From Alphaproteobacteria bacterium (lineage in GTDB: Bacteria; Pseudomonadota; Alphaproteobacteria; UBA7985), in contig CAXQZM010000063.1 in assembly GCA_964228455.1 (NCBI GenBank), forward strand, positions 1-51,244: a stretch of DNA of 51,244 nt, given 5' to 3'. This document shows positions 10,436 through 22,153 of this stretch, piece by piece. Made by a program: the position numbers and the translations under genes. Position 1 is the first letter of the stretch. Each line of letters starts with the position of its first letter. The notes under the pieces were generated by a model, which was not told where the DNA came from, did not search any database, and was given only the letters and a program-made list of their open reading frames with translations.

Positions 10436-11648
10436 GCGCCAGACTTGGCTTTAACCCATCCAAAACATCTTTTTCGTGTTCCTTTGTCCAACCAGAAACA
10501 GCGGGGATACGCGTGCGGTCAACTCGGTGAACATACTTTTTAGAAATCTCAAGAACATCATCAAGCAAGCCCTCAGATAGAGTGATTAAGTCTAAACCTA
10601 GAGCTTTAAACTTATCATTTTTAACCCGTAATTCATTCTCTGCAGCTTCTTGCCGTGGATTAGCCACGAAAGATATTTCAGCACCTGTCACTTTAGCTAC
10701 AAGCTTTGCTAGGTCTCGAACTCTATGTGTTTCGGTCATTTGATTAAAAATCTCAACCCGGCCCCCTGATTTCGGTGGGTTCATTACTGCTTTCTCAACA
10801 CACTTTACAGTGTCTTGAATATGAATGAACGCTCGCGTCTGACCACCCGTCCCATGGACTGTTAGCGGATGGCCAATCGCAGCTTGTATTAGGAAACGAT
10901 TGAGAACAGTGCCATAGTCACCATCATAATCAAAACGGTTTACCAATTGAGGATGTAGAGCAGTCTCAGGTGTTTGGGCACCCCATACGATACCCTGATG
11001 CAAGTCGGTAATCCTAATTTTGTCATTTTGCGCATAAAACTGAAATAGAATTTGATCTAAGGACTTGGTCATATGATAGATGGAGCCAGGTCGAGTAGGA
11101 TAGAGTATCGATTGCTGCGCAACTGAACCATCGGTTAATCCAATCCCCACATCTAAGTAACCCTCAGGAATTTCGGCCCCTACAGTCGAGTATCCATAAA
11201 CCCCCATTGTACCCAAATGAACCAAATGAACGTCTAAGCTCGTTTCGACAATTGCATTCAAAATATTATGGGTGGCTGAAACATTGTTGTTAACTGTATA
11301 ATTTTTATGCAGGTCAGACTTCATAGAGTACGGTGCAGCTCTTTGCTCTGCAAAATGAACCATCGCATCAGGTTTCCAATTTACCAGCCACTGTTTGAGG
11401 CGTTGGTAGTCAGTAGCCAAGTCGAGAAGCTGAAATTCAATTTGCTTTCCAGTTTCTTGCTTCCATATCCGGGTTCTCTCTTGAATAGAATCCATCGGAG
11501 TCAATGATTGGACACCTAACTCTGTATCAATCCAGCGACGCGAAAGATTATCAATAATAGTCACATCATGACCCTGGGCAGAAAGGTGGAGACTAGTCGG
11601 CCACCCACAAAAACCATCTCCACCTAAAATCGCTATTCGCATTTGCAT
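10425..11648 (-). CDS. sqdB: UDP-sulfoquinovose synthase
   Basis: LGGDGFCGWPTSLHLS, HFAEQRAAPYSM, HLGTMGVYG, YHMTK, TDLHQGIVWG; start more likely ATG 11648 or 11642 (AGGA RBS) than the track's 11684. Confidence 0.95.
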   Translation of the reverse strand: MQMRIAILGGDGFCGWPTSLHLSAQGHDVTIIDNLSRRWIDTELGVQSLTPMDSIQERTRIWKQETGKQIEFQLLDLATDYQRLKQWLVNWKPDAMVHFAEQRAAPYSMKSDLHKNYTVNNNVSATHNILNAIVETSLDVHLVHLGTMGVYGYSTVGAEIPEGYLDVGIGLTDGSVAQQSILYPTRPGSIYHMTKSLDQILFQFYAQNDKIRITDLHQGIVWGAQTPETALHPQLVNRFDYDGDYGTVLNRFLIQAAIGHPLTVHGTGGQTRAFIHIQDTVKCVEKAVMNPPKSGGRVEIFNQMTETHRVRDLAKLVAKVTGAEISFVANPRQEAAENELRVKNDKFKALGLDLITLSEGLLDDVLEISKKYVHRVDRTRIPAVSGWTKEHEKDVLDGLKPSLAHAA

Positions 11649-11790
11649 TATTCCTATAACAATTATTTTTACAGTATATATCAATATATGAGTTTATTCC
11701 GCAAATATAGGACTTTTTAAAAAATTTAGTATATCAATTATTCATCAACATAAATTAACTATATATCAATAATGAGTAGTTTTCTGACAC

Positions 11791-11875
11791 GCAGAGAAGG
11801 CCTCAGCGCGGGTTAAAGGCAATTGAGTGGTAAATTTAAACAGCCGTAAATAATTGCTGAGGCTGAATTCTCTGC
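11791..11875. repeat. Imperfect inverted repeat / hairpin
   Basis: GCAGAGAA-g-GCCTCAGC (11791-11807) is complementary to GCTGAGGC-tgaa-TTCTCTGC (11856-11875). Confidence 0.6.
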
Positions 11876-11914
11876 CAAATGGATGCTTTTTATGACGTCA
11901 GAGTTTAGGCTCCG

Positions 11915-13288
11915 TTAGTCTAGAGATGCCATTCTCCAAGCTTCACTTGATCTCAGGACAGCTAGCTGCTCATCTCTAGACTTGAGCATGAACTCATCAA
12001 ACTGGGAATAGAAATCATCCATGGTCATTCCAAACAATTCCTCAAAGGCCACCTTCCACCCCTGCCCTGGGTTCTGTTGATCCCGCTCAGCATAGATTTT
12101 GTAATAATCTACAACTATTTTTTTGAAGTTGTCATCATCAAGTGACCATAGATACACAAGACCCATAAACCCACCAGTGTAGGCATAAGCGTAATTGCGC
12201 GGAATTCCGTTATTTGGATTGTCCTCGGACTCATACAAGCTGGCCTGATACTCATAATCTTTCAACGACACCCTGTCACCATTATTGGCAGCGGTGTTAA
12301 CCACGCCTCTCGCCTCATCAAGAAACTCGATCATCTGAGACCTAATGTTAATGCTTGGATCAAATTTTGCGGTTAAAGCAAATGCCGCAAACTCGGCGCC
12401 TCCCTCTTCAATCCAATTGGGGAAAACCGTAACCCGGTCATCAGCCCACAAGTATCGCTCGGGATCATCCTCAATCTGAATTCTAACTCCAAAAAGCTGT
12501 TTATCCTCAAAGTAAAACTTCATGGAATTTTGATACACATGATAAAACTCATGCATTAAAATTCTAATAGGACCATTTGTATCAAGCCAGGTATCTCTGA
12601 AGTATGACAAATCTCCACCGTTATAGAAATGATGAAAATCGACGCCAGCAGCTGCAAATCTGCGCCCCCAATCATCATCATAGAATATGCAACTCTGCAA
12701 CTGATCGCCCCCCTGTCCCCGAAGTATGCAGTTATCTTCTGAGATTTGCCGCAAAGTTTCTCGATCAGCATTTTGTTGATCTACAATCATAGCATTTAAG
12801 GGAACTATAAGCCCAAGGTTCTGAGATGCAAAATTGAGACCTCTCTCTACAGTATTTATAAGCTCTGGTTCCAAGAGCTCCCTCTGCCGGAAGTGTATGC
12901 ATAAGTCTGGATTTTGCTGCCAGTAAAAATCATAATATCTATATGTCTCATCAGAAGAAACTGGCTCCGGGCGATTATCATAATACGGCTTGCCACATCT
13001 GGGGTTCTCCTCCACGCTAGCTGCAAGGGGAATTGAGATATCAACGCCAGAGATAGACTTGCGAAGATCGTTTATTTCATTCTGATCCAGCAAGCCATCA
13101 TAAGCCAGGCCTAGCGAAGCATAGTACTCAATCAGTGCTTGTTCAGTTTTCCGGCCGTAAACACCGTCAACAGTGCCCGCATCAAAGCCCAGATCATTGA
13201 GCAGTGCTTGTGCCTGATTTACTGGTCCTGCGTGTGTATACGCGGTCAAGCTGACCATTGTTAACGCGCTTATCAATAAAGTTTTCAT
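11915..13288 (-). CDS. Secreted putative zinc metallopeptidase (gluzincin-like) with N-terminal peptidoglycan-binding domain
   Basis: Signal peptide MKTLLISALTMVSLTAYTHA from ATG 13288; QAQALLNDLGFDAGTVDGVYGRKTEQAL (PG_binding_1-like); HEFYH followed by WIEEGGAEF. Confidence 0.7.
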   Translation of the reverse strand: MKTLLISALTMVSLTAYTHAGPVNQAQALLNDLGFDAGTVDGVYGRKTEQALIEYYASLGLAYDGLLDQNEINDLRKSISGVDISIPLAASVEENPRCGKPYYDNRPEPVSSDETYRYYDFYWQQNPDLCIHFRQRELLEPELINTVERGLNFASQNLGLIVPLNAMIVDQQNADRETLRQISEDNCILRGQGGDQLQSCIFYDDDWGRRFAAAGVDFHHFYNGGDLSYFRDTWLDTNGPIRILMHEFYHVYQNSMKFYFEDKQLFGVRIQIEDDPERYLWADDRVTVFPNWIEEGGAEFAAFALTAKFDPSINIRSQMIEFLDEARGVVNTAANNGDRVSLKDYEYQASLYESEDNPNNGIPRNYAYAYTGGFMGLVYLWSLDDDNFKKIVVDYYKIYAERDQQNPGQGWKVAFEELFGMTMDDFYSQFDEFMLKSRDEQLAVLRSSEAWRMASLD

Positions 13289-13408
13289 ATAAGTTTCACC
13301 AGGCAAGTTAGTAGTTAAGCTAATTATCTTTAGATAGCTTATCACTTCCAGCCAAGTTAGCTTAATCTGTCATCAGCAGAATTATATAGCAGTCCAATGG
13401 AAAGAACC

Positions 13409-13443
13409 AAAAAAAAGGGGGAACCTAATGGCTCCCCCTTTTT
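13409..13443 (-). terminator. Rho-independent terminator of rpoBC (probably bidirectional)
   Basis: Minus strand AAAAAGGGGGAGCC-ATTA-GGTTCCCCC-TTTTTTTT, about 20 nt after the rpoC stop. Confidence 0.9.
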
Positions 13444-13461
13444 CTCATGCAGAATAATAAG

Positions 13462-16400
13462 CTACAGTTCCGGTTGCGGCTCATCGGATAAATCAGCAAT
13501 AAGCGCTGCGCTTTCAGCTTCTCGAGCTTCTTGCGCGTCCATCATTTCTTTATCCTTATCCTTCGCAATTTTCCGCAACCGTTGAATTACAGATCCTGTA
13601 CCGGCAGGTATTAACCGTCCAACAATTACGTTTTCCTTAAGACCAAGCAGAGTATCCACTTTGCCATTCACAGCAGCCTCCGTGAGAACCTTTGTCGTTT
13701 CCTGGAAGGAAGCTGCTGATATGAAAGATTTAGTCTGAAGTGAGGCTTTGGTAATTCCCAATAGAACAGGCTTGGCTGTTGCTAGTTTTAAACCTTCTTT
13801 TGCAGCGCGATCATTCTCGGCTGCAAAGTCATCACGAATGATTTCTTCACCCACAATTAATGTAGTTTCACCTGAATCCACAACTTCCACTTTCTGGAGC
13901 ATCTGACGGACAATAACCTCAATGTGCTTATCATCAATCTTAACACCCTGCAGCCGATAAACGTCTTGGATTTCTTCAGTTAAATACTCTGCAAGCGCTT
14001 CAACCCCCATAACCTCAAGAATATCATGAGGAGCTGGATTACCATCAAGTAAGTACTCACCTTTTGCGATGAAGTCACCTTCTTGGACAGCCAAATGCTT
14101 GCCCTTTGGCACCATAAACTCAGAGGTGACCTCAGGATCTTGTTCAGATCTTATGATAATACGCCGCTTTGTCTTATAATCTCTACCATACTCAACACGA
14201 CCATCCATATCAGCAATAACCGCATGATCCTTGGGACGACGAGCCTCGAAAAGCTCGGCAACACGTGGCAAGCCACCGGTAATATCCTTGGTACCACCAC
14301 CCTCAATTGGAAGGCGAGCAACTACATCACCGGCTCCCACCTGTTGACCAGGTTCAACCTGCAGAATAGCTCCAACAGACATAAAGTAACGTGCATCAAG
14401 GCCATTATCCAGAGTAACGATTTCACCAGCCTCATCCCTAAGGGTAATGCGTGGCTTTAGATCTGTCCCTCGAGGAGACGTTTTCCAATCCATAACAATG
14501 CGAGAAGCGAAGTTCGTTTCTTCATCAACTACCTCATTCATTGAAACATTATCGATCAAATCAACGAAGTTAACGAAGCCTGCCTTATCGGTAATGATAG
14601 GCTTAGTATATGGATCCCAATCTGCTAACTTTGCGCCTTTCTTAACTTTTCGCTTATCCTTTACGAGCAAACGCGCACCATAGGGAACGCGGTAATTTGC
14701 CCGAGCGCGACCCTTATCGTCTTCAAGTATAACCTCTAAGTTACGGGCAAAGACAATAGTTTCGCCCTTTGAGTTCGTAAGAACATTGTTATTTCTGATC
14801 TTTACCTTCGCATCCATTGAAGCTTCGACGCTAGACGATTCAGAGCCTTTCTGCGCAGCCCCACCAACGTGGAAAGTACGCATCGTAAGTTGAGTACCAG
14901 GCTCACCAACTGACTGGGCAGCAATTACACCTACGGCTTCGCCTATGTTGACGAACGTACCACGTGCAAGGTCTCTTCCGTAACATTTTGCGCAAACCCC
15001 AACTTTAGCCTCACAGACAAGTGGAGAACGCACCCGAACTGAGTCCAAATCGGCTGCTGTTAAAGCAGGAATATGCTCTTCAACAACTAACTCACCTTCC
15101 GGTACAATAACTTCGCCATCTGCATCTAGAATATCTTGAGCTGCCGTTCGACCAAGTAATTGCTCAACTAACGATACGATAATGTCACCACCATCCATCT
15201 TATCACGGATGGTAAGCGCCCGATCAGTGCCGCAGTCGTGCTCACGGATAGTAGCATCTTGTGCTACGTCTACTAGGCGTCTGGTTAGATATCCCGAGTT
15301 CGCAGTTTTAAGTGCAGTATCTGTTAAACCCTTCCGAGCACCAGTTGTCGAAGTAAAGTACTCCAACATTGTGAGGCCCTCTTTGTAATTTGAGATAACC
15401 GGTGTTTCAATGATCTCACCAGTTGGCTTTGCCAGCAACCCACGCATCGCGCCCAGCTGCCGCATTTGTGCTACAGAGCCACGAGCACCGGAGTCAGCCA
15501 TCATATATACTGAATTAATATCCCGCCCTTTACCTTTCGCAATGGCAGACATCATCTTATCAGTAAGCGTGTCATTGGTTTGTTGCCAAATATCTAGTAC
15601 TTTATTGTACTTCTCACCACGAGTGATTAACCCTTCTTGATACTGTGATTCAAAGCCCTTGACCTCACCCTGAGCCTTCTCGATTAGATTCCACTTATCC
15701 TTGGGTATGACAAAATCGTCCTTACCAACGGAAATACCAGCTTTTGCAGCCTCAGCAAAACCAAGCTGCATTAGTCTATCAGCAAAAATTACTGTCTTTT
15801 TCTGACCAGCATCACGATAAACGTCATCTAGTACATTCGATAGTACTTTTTTTGTCATCAAACGATCAACTACAGAAAAAGGCACTCCGTCAGGCAAAAG
15901 GTCTGCCAGCATTAATCTTCCAGCTGTTGTATCGACGATATCTTGCTTGATCTCCCCCGTCTCCGAATCACGCACATTTACGCGCGCTTTAACCGCGGAG
16001 TGCGGGTGAATCAAACCAGCCTCACGAGCATGCAGCACCTCTTCTATGGAGCCAAATAAAGAACCTTCGCCAGGCTCCCCACCCTTACCCTCTAGGGAGA
16101 GGTAATAGAGACCAAGTACAATATCCTGGGTTGGAGTAATAATTGGTTTACCTGACGCGGGCGACAATATGTTATTTGTGGACATCATAAGGACGCGCGC
16201 CTCAAGTTGCGCTTCTAACGAGAGCGGTACATGCACAGCCATTTGGTCGCCATCGAAGTCAGCGTTAAATGCTGTACAAACGAGCGGATGCAATTGGATC
16301 GCTTTACCTTCAACTAGAACAGGCTCGAAAGCTTGAATACCGAGGCGGTGCAAGGTTGGTGCTCTATTAAGAAGAACTGGATGTTCTCGTATAACCTCGG

Positions 16401-17643
16401 ATAGGATATCCCAAACTTCAGGCCGTTCCTTATCAACCATTCGCTTAGCTGCCTTTACTGTAGAGGCCATTCCATACATTTGTAATTTTGCAAAAATGAA
16501 TGGTTTAAACAGTTCAAGCGCCATCTTTTTAGGTATGCCACACTGGTGCAGTAGCAACGTCGGACCGACCACAATTACTGAACGACCAGAATAATCGACA
16601 CGTTTACCGAGCAGGTTCTGACGGAAGCGCCCTTGTTTACCCTTCAGCATATCAGACAGGGACTTCAGGGGTCTTTTGTTTGTGCCAGTGATCGTGCGAC
16701 CGCGACGACCATTATCGAACAACGCATCAACGGCCTCTTGAAGCATTCTTTTTTCGTTTCTAACGATGATATCCGGCGCACGGAGTTCAATTAACCGCTT
16801 AAGTCGGTTGTTACGGTTAATAACTCGTCTGTAAAGGTCGTTCAGATCAGAAGTCGCGAAACGTCCCCCATCAAGAGGAACAAGCGGACGGAGCTCAGGC
16901 GGAATAACTGGAAGAACATCAAGAACCATCCACTCAGGTTTCGTGCCAGATGCCTTGAATGCCTCAATTAGCTTTAGACGTTTAACAATTTTTTTCTTTT
17001 TGGTCTCTGAACCTGTTTCAAGCAAATCGGTCTTCAGGAGCTCGTATTCCATCTCCATATCTAGATCGATAAGTAACCGCTTAATAGCTTCAGCTCCGAT
17101 TAAAGCTTCAAACTGGTCCGCGCCGTACTCTTCTTGAGCAAGATAAAATTCTTCTTCACTAAGTGTCTGATGCAGTTTCAATGGAGTTAATCCAGGTTCA
17201 ACAACGACGAAACTCTCGAAATAAAGAATCTTTTCAAGCTCCTTCAAAGTCAGATCGAGAAGCAAACCAATCCGGGACGGAAGAGACTTCAAGAACCAAA
17301 TATGTGCGACTGGAGCAGCAAGCTCAATATGGCCCATTCTCTCGCGTCGAACTTTAGTGAGAGTAACCTCAACCCCACACTTTTCGCATACGACGCCCTT
17401 GTATTTCATTCGTTTATACTTGCCACAAAGGCACTCGTAGTCCTTTACTGGACCAAAAATACGAGCACAGAAGAGACCATCTCTTTCAGGCTTGAACGTG
17501 CGATAGTTAATTGTCTCTGGTTTTTTTATTTCGCCAAATGACCATGAGCGAATGCGCTCTGGGCTAGCAATGTTAATTCGCAGTGAGTCAAAGGACTGCA
17601 AGCTGCCGGGCTCTTCGCCAAAGATCTTGGTAAGTTCTGACAT
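13462..17643 (-). CDS. rpoC: DNA-directed RNA polymerase beta' subunit
   Basis: NADFDGD catalytic motif, zinc-binding [22 protein letters not shown] trigger loop. Confidence 0.99.
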   Translation of the reverse strand: MSELTKIFGEEPGSLQSFDSLRINIASPERIRSWSFGEIKKPETINYRTFKPERDGLFCARIFGPVKDYECLCGKYKRMKYKGVVCEKCGVEVTLTKVRRERMGHIELAAPVAHIWFLKSLPSRIGLLLDLTLKELEKILYFESFVVVEPGLTPLKLHQTLSEEEFYLAQEEYGADQFEALIGAEAIKRLLIDLDMEMEYELLKTDLLETGSETKKKKIVKRLKLIEAFKASGTKPEWMVLDVLPVIPPELRPLVPLDGGRFATSDLNDLYRRVINRNNRLKRLIELRAPDIIVRNEKRMLQEAVDALFDNGRRGRTITGTNKRPLKSLSDMLKGKQGRFRQNLLGKRVDYSGRSVIVVGPTLLLHQCGIPKKMALELFKPFIFAKLQMYGMASTVKAAKRMVDKERPEVWDILSEVIREHPVLLNRAPTLHRLGIQAFEPVLVEGKAIQLHPLVCTAFNADFDGDQMAVHVPLSLEAQLEARVLMMSTNNILSPASGKPIITPTQDIVLGLYYLSLEGKGGEPGEGSLFGSIEEVLHAREAGLIHPHSAVKARVNVRDSETGEIKQDIVDTTAGRLMLADLLPDGVPFSVVDRLMTKKVLSNVLDDVYRDAGQKKTVIFADRLMQLGFAEAAKAGISVGKDDFVIPKDKWNLIEKAQGEVKGFESQYQEGLITRGEKYNKVLDIWQQTNDTLTDKMMSAIAKGKGRDINSVYMMADSGARGSVAQMRQLGAMRGLLAKPTGEIIETPVISNYKEGLTMLEYFTSTTGARKGLTDTALKTANSGYLTRRLVDVAQDATIREHDCGTDRALTIRDKMDGGDIIVSLVEQLLGRTAAQDILDADGEVIVPEGELVVEEHIPALTAADLDSVRVRSPLVCEAKVGVCAKCYGRDLARGTFVNIGEAVGVIAAQSVGEPGTQLTMRTFHVGGAAQKGSESSSVEASMDAKVKIRNNNVLTNSKGETIVFARNLEVILEDDKGRARANYRVPYGARLLVKDKRKVKKGAKLADWDPYTKPIITDKAGFVNFVDLIDNVSMNEVVDEETNFASRIVMDWKTSPRGTDLKPRITLRDEAGEIVTLDNGLDARYFMSVGAILQVEPGQQVGAGDVVARLPIEGGGTKDITGGLPRVAELFEARRPKDHAVIADMDGRVEYGRDYKTKRRIIIRSEQDPEVTSEFMVPKGKHLAVQEGDFIAKGEYLLDGNPAPHDILEVMGVEALAEYLTEEIQDVYRLQGVKIDDKHIEVIVRQMLQKVEVVDSGETTLIVGEEIIRDDFAAENDRAAKEGLKLATAKPVLLGITKASLQTKSFISAASFQETTKVLTEAAVNGKVDTLLGLKENVIVGRLIPAGTGSVIQRLRKIAKDKDKEMMDAQEAREAESAALIADLSDEPQPEL

Positions 17644-17660
17644 GTCTTAAATCCTTATTC

Positions 17661-20600
17661 TTAGAGTTCAGCTACGTCAGTGGATCCGTCAAACGTTCCA
17701 CGATTAGCGGCTGCAATAATATCTTCCTGATCTTCTGAGTTGATCATGTCGACGTTCAAGCAGAGCGCACGCAATTCTTTAACGAGTACGTTAAAGGATT
17801 CAGGAATGCCTGCTTCGAAGTTCGTGTCACCACGCACTATCGACTCATATACTTTGGTACGACCCGCCACGTCATCAGACTTGACAGTCAGAATTTCCTG
17901 TAAAGTATATGCTGCGCCGTATGCCTCCAGAGCCCACACTTCCATCTCACCAAACCGCTGACCACCGAACTGCGCCTTACCTCCGAGAGGCTGTTGCGTT
18001 ACAAGTGAGTATGGTCCGGTAGAGCGAGCATGCATCTTGTCGTCCACTAAGTGATGAAGCTTAAGCAGATATTTGTATCCAACAGTAACCGGACGATCAA
18101 ATGCTTCACCCGTGCGACCATCATAAAGGGTTTCTTGACCAGAACCCGAGAGGCCAGCGCGCTTCAAAGCATCAACAATATCATCCTGACGCGCTCCATC
18201 AAAAACCGGTGTAGCGAATGGTACACCACGTGTCATACCTGTTGCCAACTCAACGACCTCGTCATCGTTCAAGTTACCTATCCGACCCTTTACCTCTTCA
18301 TCTTTATAGGCCTTATCAAGAGAAACCTTGATTGCTTTTGCAGAGCCAGTCTTTTTGTATTCCTCAACAGCGTTACCTATTATCTCGCCTAACCCACGAG
18401 CCGCCCAACCTAAGTGGGTCTCAAAGATCTGACCTACGTTCATCCGAGAAGGAACTCCAAGAGGATTAAGGACAATATCAACGGGTGTGCCATCCTCAAG
18501 GTAAGGCATGTCTTCAACTGGATTAATTTTAGAAATCACACCTTTATTACCGTGACGCCCTGCCATTTTGTCGCCTGGCTGCAATTTACGCTTAACCGCA
18601 ACAAAAACTTTAACCGTTTTCATAACACCAGGCAGGAGCTCGTCACCACGCTGAAGCTTGTCTACTTTGGTTTCGAAGCGTTTTTGGATTTCATCCACTG
18701 CTGCATCAAAATCAGCTTTCATTGCCTCTGTTTCTTTTGCGGCTTTTTCATTTTTGACGGCAAACTGACGCCACTGTCCGGGCGTGTATTGCCCTAACAA
18801 AGCCTCATCAATTTTGACGTCTTTCATTTTCCCGTCCGGGCCAGCAACTGCTATTTCTCCCACAAGGACGTCACGCAGCCTCTGATAGAAAGACCGCTCA
18901 ATGATAGATCTCTCATCATCTCGATCTTTCGCCAATACTTCGATTTCCTGACGCTCAATTTGAAGAGCACGCTCATCTTTATCAATACCGCGGCGGTTAA
19001 AGACACGAACATCAACAACTGTTCCAGAAGCACCGGGTGACAATTTAAGAGAGGAATCACGAACGTCAGCCGCTTTCTCGCCGAAGATTGCTCGAAGGAG
19101 CTTTTCCTCCGGCGTCATCGGACTTTCTCCTTTTGGAGTCACTTTTCCAACCAAGATATCTCCTGGATTGACCTCTGCACCTACGTAAACAATGCCTGCC
19201 TCATCTAAGTTTCGGAGCGCTTCCTCACCGACGTTTGGAATGTCTCGAGTGATTTCTTCTGGCCCTAGCTTTGTATCTCGAGCCATGATGTCAAATTCTT
19301 CAATATGGATAGAAGTATACACGTCATCACGAACGATACGCTCTGAAATCAATATTGAGTCCTCAAAATTATAGCCCTGCCACGGCATGAACGCGACTAG
19401 AACATTCCGCCCTAATGCAAGCTCGCCCATATCCGTAGAAGGACCATCGGCAATTATATCTCCCACAGCAACCTGATCACCCACCGTGACTAGAGGACGT
19501 TGGTTAATGCATGTAGATTGGTTTGACCGATGAAACTTGCGTAGGTTGTAGATGTCTACACCTTCCTCTAGCCCCGAGTCCTCGTTAATTACCCTAACGA
19601 CAATTCGACCGGCATCAACTTGATCAATTACTCCTGATCTTTTCGACACAATTGCGGCACCTGAGTCACGCGCAACAGTAGCCTCCATACCCGTTCCAAC
19701 GAAAGGCGCTTCCGCCTTCACCAAAGGAACCGCCTGCCGCATCATATTAGAGCCCATCAGTGCACGGTTAGCATCTTCATTTTCCAATAACGTAATTAAA
19801 GATGCAGCAACAGAAACGACCTGTTTAGGCGAAACATCAATAAGTTGAATGTCATCCGGCCTGCGCGGTTCATAATCACCATTACGCCGACAGTTCACTA
19901 ACTCCTCTTCGAAGCGACGATCAGCAGTGAGTGGAGCATTGGCCTGAGCAACAATATACCCAGCTTCCTCGATAGCTGATAAATAAATCACTTCGTCAGT
20001 AACCTTGCCACCTTCAACACGTCGATAGGGACTCTCGATAAAGCCATACTTATTTACGCGAGCATAGGTGGCCAACGAATTTATCAATCCAATATTTGGA
20101 CCCTCTGGGGTCTCAATTGGACAAATTCGCCCGTAATGAGTTGGGTGCACATCACGAACCTCGAACCCTGCACGCTCTCGGGTAAGGCCACCTGGACCGA
20201 GCGCTGACAGGCGGCGCTTATGTGTAATTTCGGAGAGTGGGTTAGTCTGGTCCATGAATTGTGAAAGCTGCGATGAACCAAAAAATTCGCGAACGGCTGC
20301 TGCTGCTGGCTTAGCGTTGATAACATCTTGGGGCATAACGGTGTCAATCTCGATTGATGACATCCGCTCGCGCATTGCACGCTCCATGCGAAGCAGTCCT
20401 AGGCGATACTGATTTTCCATCAATTCTCCAACTGAACGGACACGCCGATTGCCTAGGTGGTCAATATCGTCGATCTCACCCTTACCATCCTTTAAGTCTG
20501 CCAGGATCCGAAGAATTGCTAGGATATCTTGTTTACGCAGGGTGCGAAGAGAGTCCTCAGTCTCGAACCCCAAACGCATGTTCATTTTAACCCGCCCAAC

Positions 20601-21887
20601 AGCAGACAAATCATAACGCTCTGGGTCGAAAAACAAACTTTGGAAAAGCGCCTGAGCAGTCTCCAATGTAGGTGGCTCACCGGGGCGCATTATCCGATAA
20701 ATATCAATTAAAGCTTCTTCTCGGTTTCTCGCCTTATCTGTAACAAGCGTGTTACGGATATGCGCCCCTACCTCTACATGATCTATCGCGAGTGTAGGGA
20801 ACGTTTTCACGCCCTTGCCAATTAGATCATCGATCAGAACATCCGTCAGCTCATCACCAGCTTCCGCCCAAACAATACCAGTCTTTTCGTCAACCTGGTC
20901 CTCAGCTAGATAGCGACCTAAAAGCTCTTCGTCTGCTACCAACAAATGAGTCGTTCCTGCGGCTGTAATTTTTTTGAGAACTGGGGGAATCATTTTCTTC
21001 CCAGCTTCAGCGACGACATCTCCCGTCTTTGCGTCAATGAGATCTTGGCTCAATTTTTGACCTCGTAAAGCCTCCACATTGAAAGGTATCTTCCAGCCGC
21101 CTTTGGACTTTACGTAGGGAATCACGTCGTAGAAATTCTTAAGAATCTCCTCTGATGTCATACCCGTAATCTCTTGAGGCTCCAGAATCGCACCTGATTT
21201 CTCAGCAGCAGCGCGAACTTTCTCACCTGCATCTGAGTCCAAAGCACGTAATAAGGTTGTAACTGGCAACTTTCGGCGCCGGTCAATCTTCACATGCAGG
21301 ATGTCTTTGGTGTCATAATCGAAATCAAGCCAAGACCCACGGTAAGGGATAATACGTCCTGAAAACAATAACTTGCCAGATGTGTTAGCACCTTTATCAT
21401 GACCAAAGAATGCGCCAGGAGACCTGTGCATTTGTGATACGATGACACGTTCTGTGCCGTTAACAATAAATGTGCCATGATCAGTCATCAATGGCATATC
21501 ACCCATGTAGACATCTTGCTCTTTTATGTCTCTAACAGACTTTGCGCCTGTATCTTCGTCGATGTCCCAAACTACCAGCCGGAGGGTAACTTTTAACGGT
21601 GCTGCGTAGGTTAATGAACGCTGTTGGCACTCTTCTTCATCGAATTTTGGATCCTCCAAAACGTATCTTACATATTGAAGCTCACTGCGACCGGAAAAGT
21701 CACGAATTGGAAATACTGAATGATAAGTCTCATCGATGCCACTGGGCTTGCCAGCATAGTCATCAATACCAAGAAACTGGTCATAAGATGCTCTTTGCAC
21801 CGCAATCAAATTTGGCATCTCTATGGCTTCAGGAATTCGACCATAAGATTTGCGGATGCGTTTGCGATCAGTGAAAGTAGTTACCAT
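17661..21887 (-). CDS. rpoB: DNA-directed RNA polymerase beta subunit
   Basis: Rif cluster [51 protein letters not shown]; start ATG 21887 ([13 protein letters not shown]) rather than 21929. Confidence 0.99.
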   Translation of the reverse strand: MVTTFTDRKRIRKSYGRIPEAIEMPNLIAVQRASYDQFLGIDDYAGKPSGIDETYHSVFPIRDFSGRSELQYVRYVLEDPKFDEEECQQRSLTYAAPLKVTLRLVVWDIDEDTGAKSVRDIKEQDVYMGDMPLMTDHGTFIVNGTERVIVSQMHRSPGAFFGHDKGANTSGKLLFSGRIIPYRGSWLDFDYDTKDILHVKIDRRRKLPVTTLLRALDSDAGEKVRAAAEKSGAILEPQEITGMTSEEILKNFYDVIPYVKSKGGWKIPFNVEALRGQKLSQDLIDAKTGDVVAEAGKKMIPPVLKKITAAGTTHLLVADEELLGRYLAEDQVDEKTGIVWAEAGDELTDVLIDDLIGKGVKTFPTLAIDHVEVGAHIRNTLVTDKARNREEALIDIYRIMRPGEPPTLETAQALFQSLFFDPERYDLSAVGRVKMNMRLGFETEDSLRTLRKQDILAILRILADLKDGKGEIDDIDHLGNRRVRSVGELMENQYRLGLLRMERAMRERMSSIEIDTVMPQDVINAKPAAAAVREFFGSSQLSQFMDQTNPLSEITHKRRLSALGPGGLTRERAGFEVRDVHPTHYGRICPIETPEGPNIGLINSLATYARVNKYGFIESPYRRVEGGKVTDEVIYLSAIEEAGYIVAQANAPLTADRRFEEELVNCRRNGDYEPRRPDDIQLIDVSPKQVVSVAASLITLLENEDANRALMGSNMMRQAVPLVKAEAPFVGTGMEATVARDSGAAIVSKRSGVIDQVDAGRIVVRVINEDSGLEEGVDIYNLRKFHRSNQSTCINQRPLVTVGDQVAVGDIIADGPSTDMGELALGRNVLVAFMPWQGYNFEDSILISERIVRDDVYTSIHIEEFDIMARDTKLGPEEITRDIPNVGEEALRNLDEAGIVYVGAEVNPGDILVGKVTPKGESPMTPEEKLLRAIFGEKAADVRDSSLKLSPGASGTVVDVRVFNRRGIDKDERALQIERQEIEVLAKDRDDERSIIERSFYQRLRDVLVGEIAVAGPDGKMKDVKIDEALLGQYTPGQWRQFAVKNEKAAKETEAMKADFDAAVDEIQKRFETKVDKLQRGDELLPGVMKTVKVFVAVKRKLQPGDKMAGRHGNKGVISKINPVEDMPYLEDGTPVDIVLNPLGVPSRMNVGQIFETHLGWAARGLGEIIGNAVEEYKKTGSAKAIKVSLDKAYKDEEVKGRIGNLNDDEVVELATGMTRGVPFATPVFDGARQDDIVDALKRAGLSGSGQETLYDGRTGEAFDRPVTVGYKYLLKLHHLVDDKMHARSTGPYSLVTQQPLGGKAQFGGQRFGEMEVWALEAYGAAYTLQEILTVKSDDVAGRTKVYESIVRGDTNFEAGIPESFNVLVKELRALCLNVDMINSEDQEDIIAAANRGTFDGSTDVAEL

Positions 21888-22039
21888 GAGGATGAAGGCT
21901 CCAAACGTAAAAAAACGCGCAGGCCACATTGGCCTGCCCGCTGGGCAGTTTTGCAGAAAAGTGAAAAAGCCATCTAGGGTGTATGAGTAGCACCCAACGC
22001 TTCGCGACAGCCTTTAATTAATCAACCATCAATATGCAA

Positions 22040-22071
22040 GAGACTAAATAAACTGCAGGATAGCCTGTCAA
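22040..22071 (-). promoter_or_regulatory. Candidate sigma70 promoter for rpoBC
   Basis: Perfect TTGACA on minus strand (22066-22071) followed by an AT-rich TTTATTTAGT; -10 element not canonical. rpoB needs its own promoter because it is cut off from rplL. Confidence 0.4.
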
Positions 22072-22153
22072 TTTGGAAGCAAGTTATTGATTCAAGGTCA
22101 TACCAGCCAGACGCATCAATCTTATTGCGTATTGACATCTTCTGGATAACAAG

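Noticed and set aside
11650-11700. Pho box upstream of sqdB
   Set aside because: Minus-strand half-site-like words (TTGATAT, CTGTAAA, TTGTTAT) are spaced 10 and 12 bp, not 11, and are degenerate in AT-rich DNA
20200-20290. Rifampicin-resistance alleles in RpoB cluster I
   Set aside because: Q513, D516, H526 and S531 equivalents all appear wild type
14083-21977. Many short antisense or alternate-frame ORFs inside rpoC/rpoB
   Set aside because: Shadow ORFs of conserved genes with no recognisable motifs
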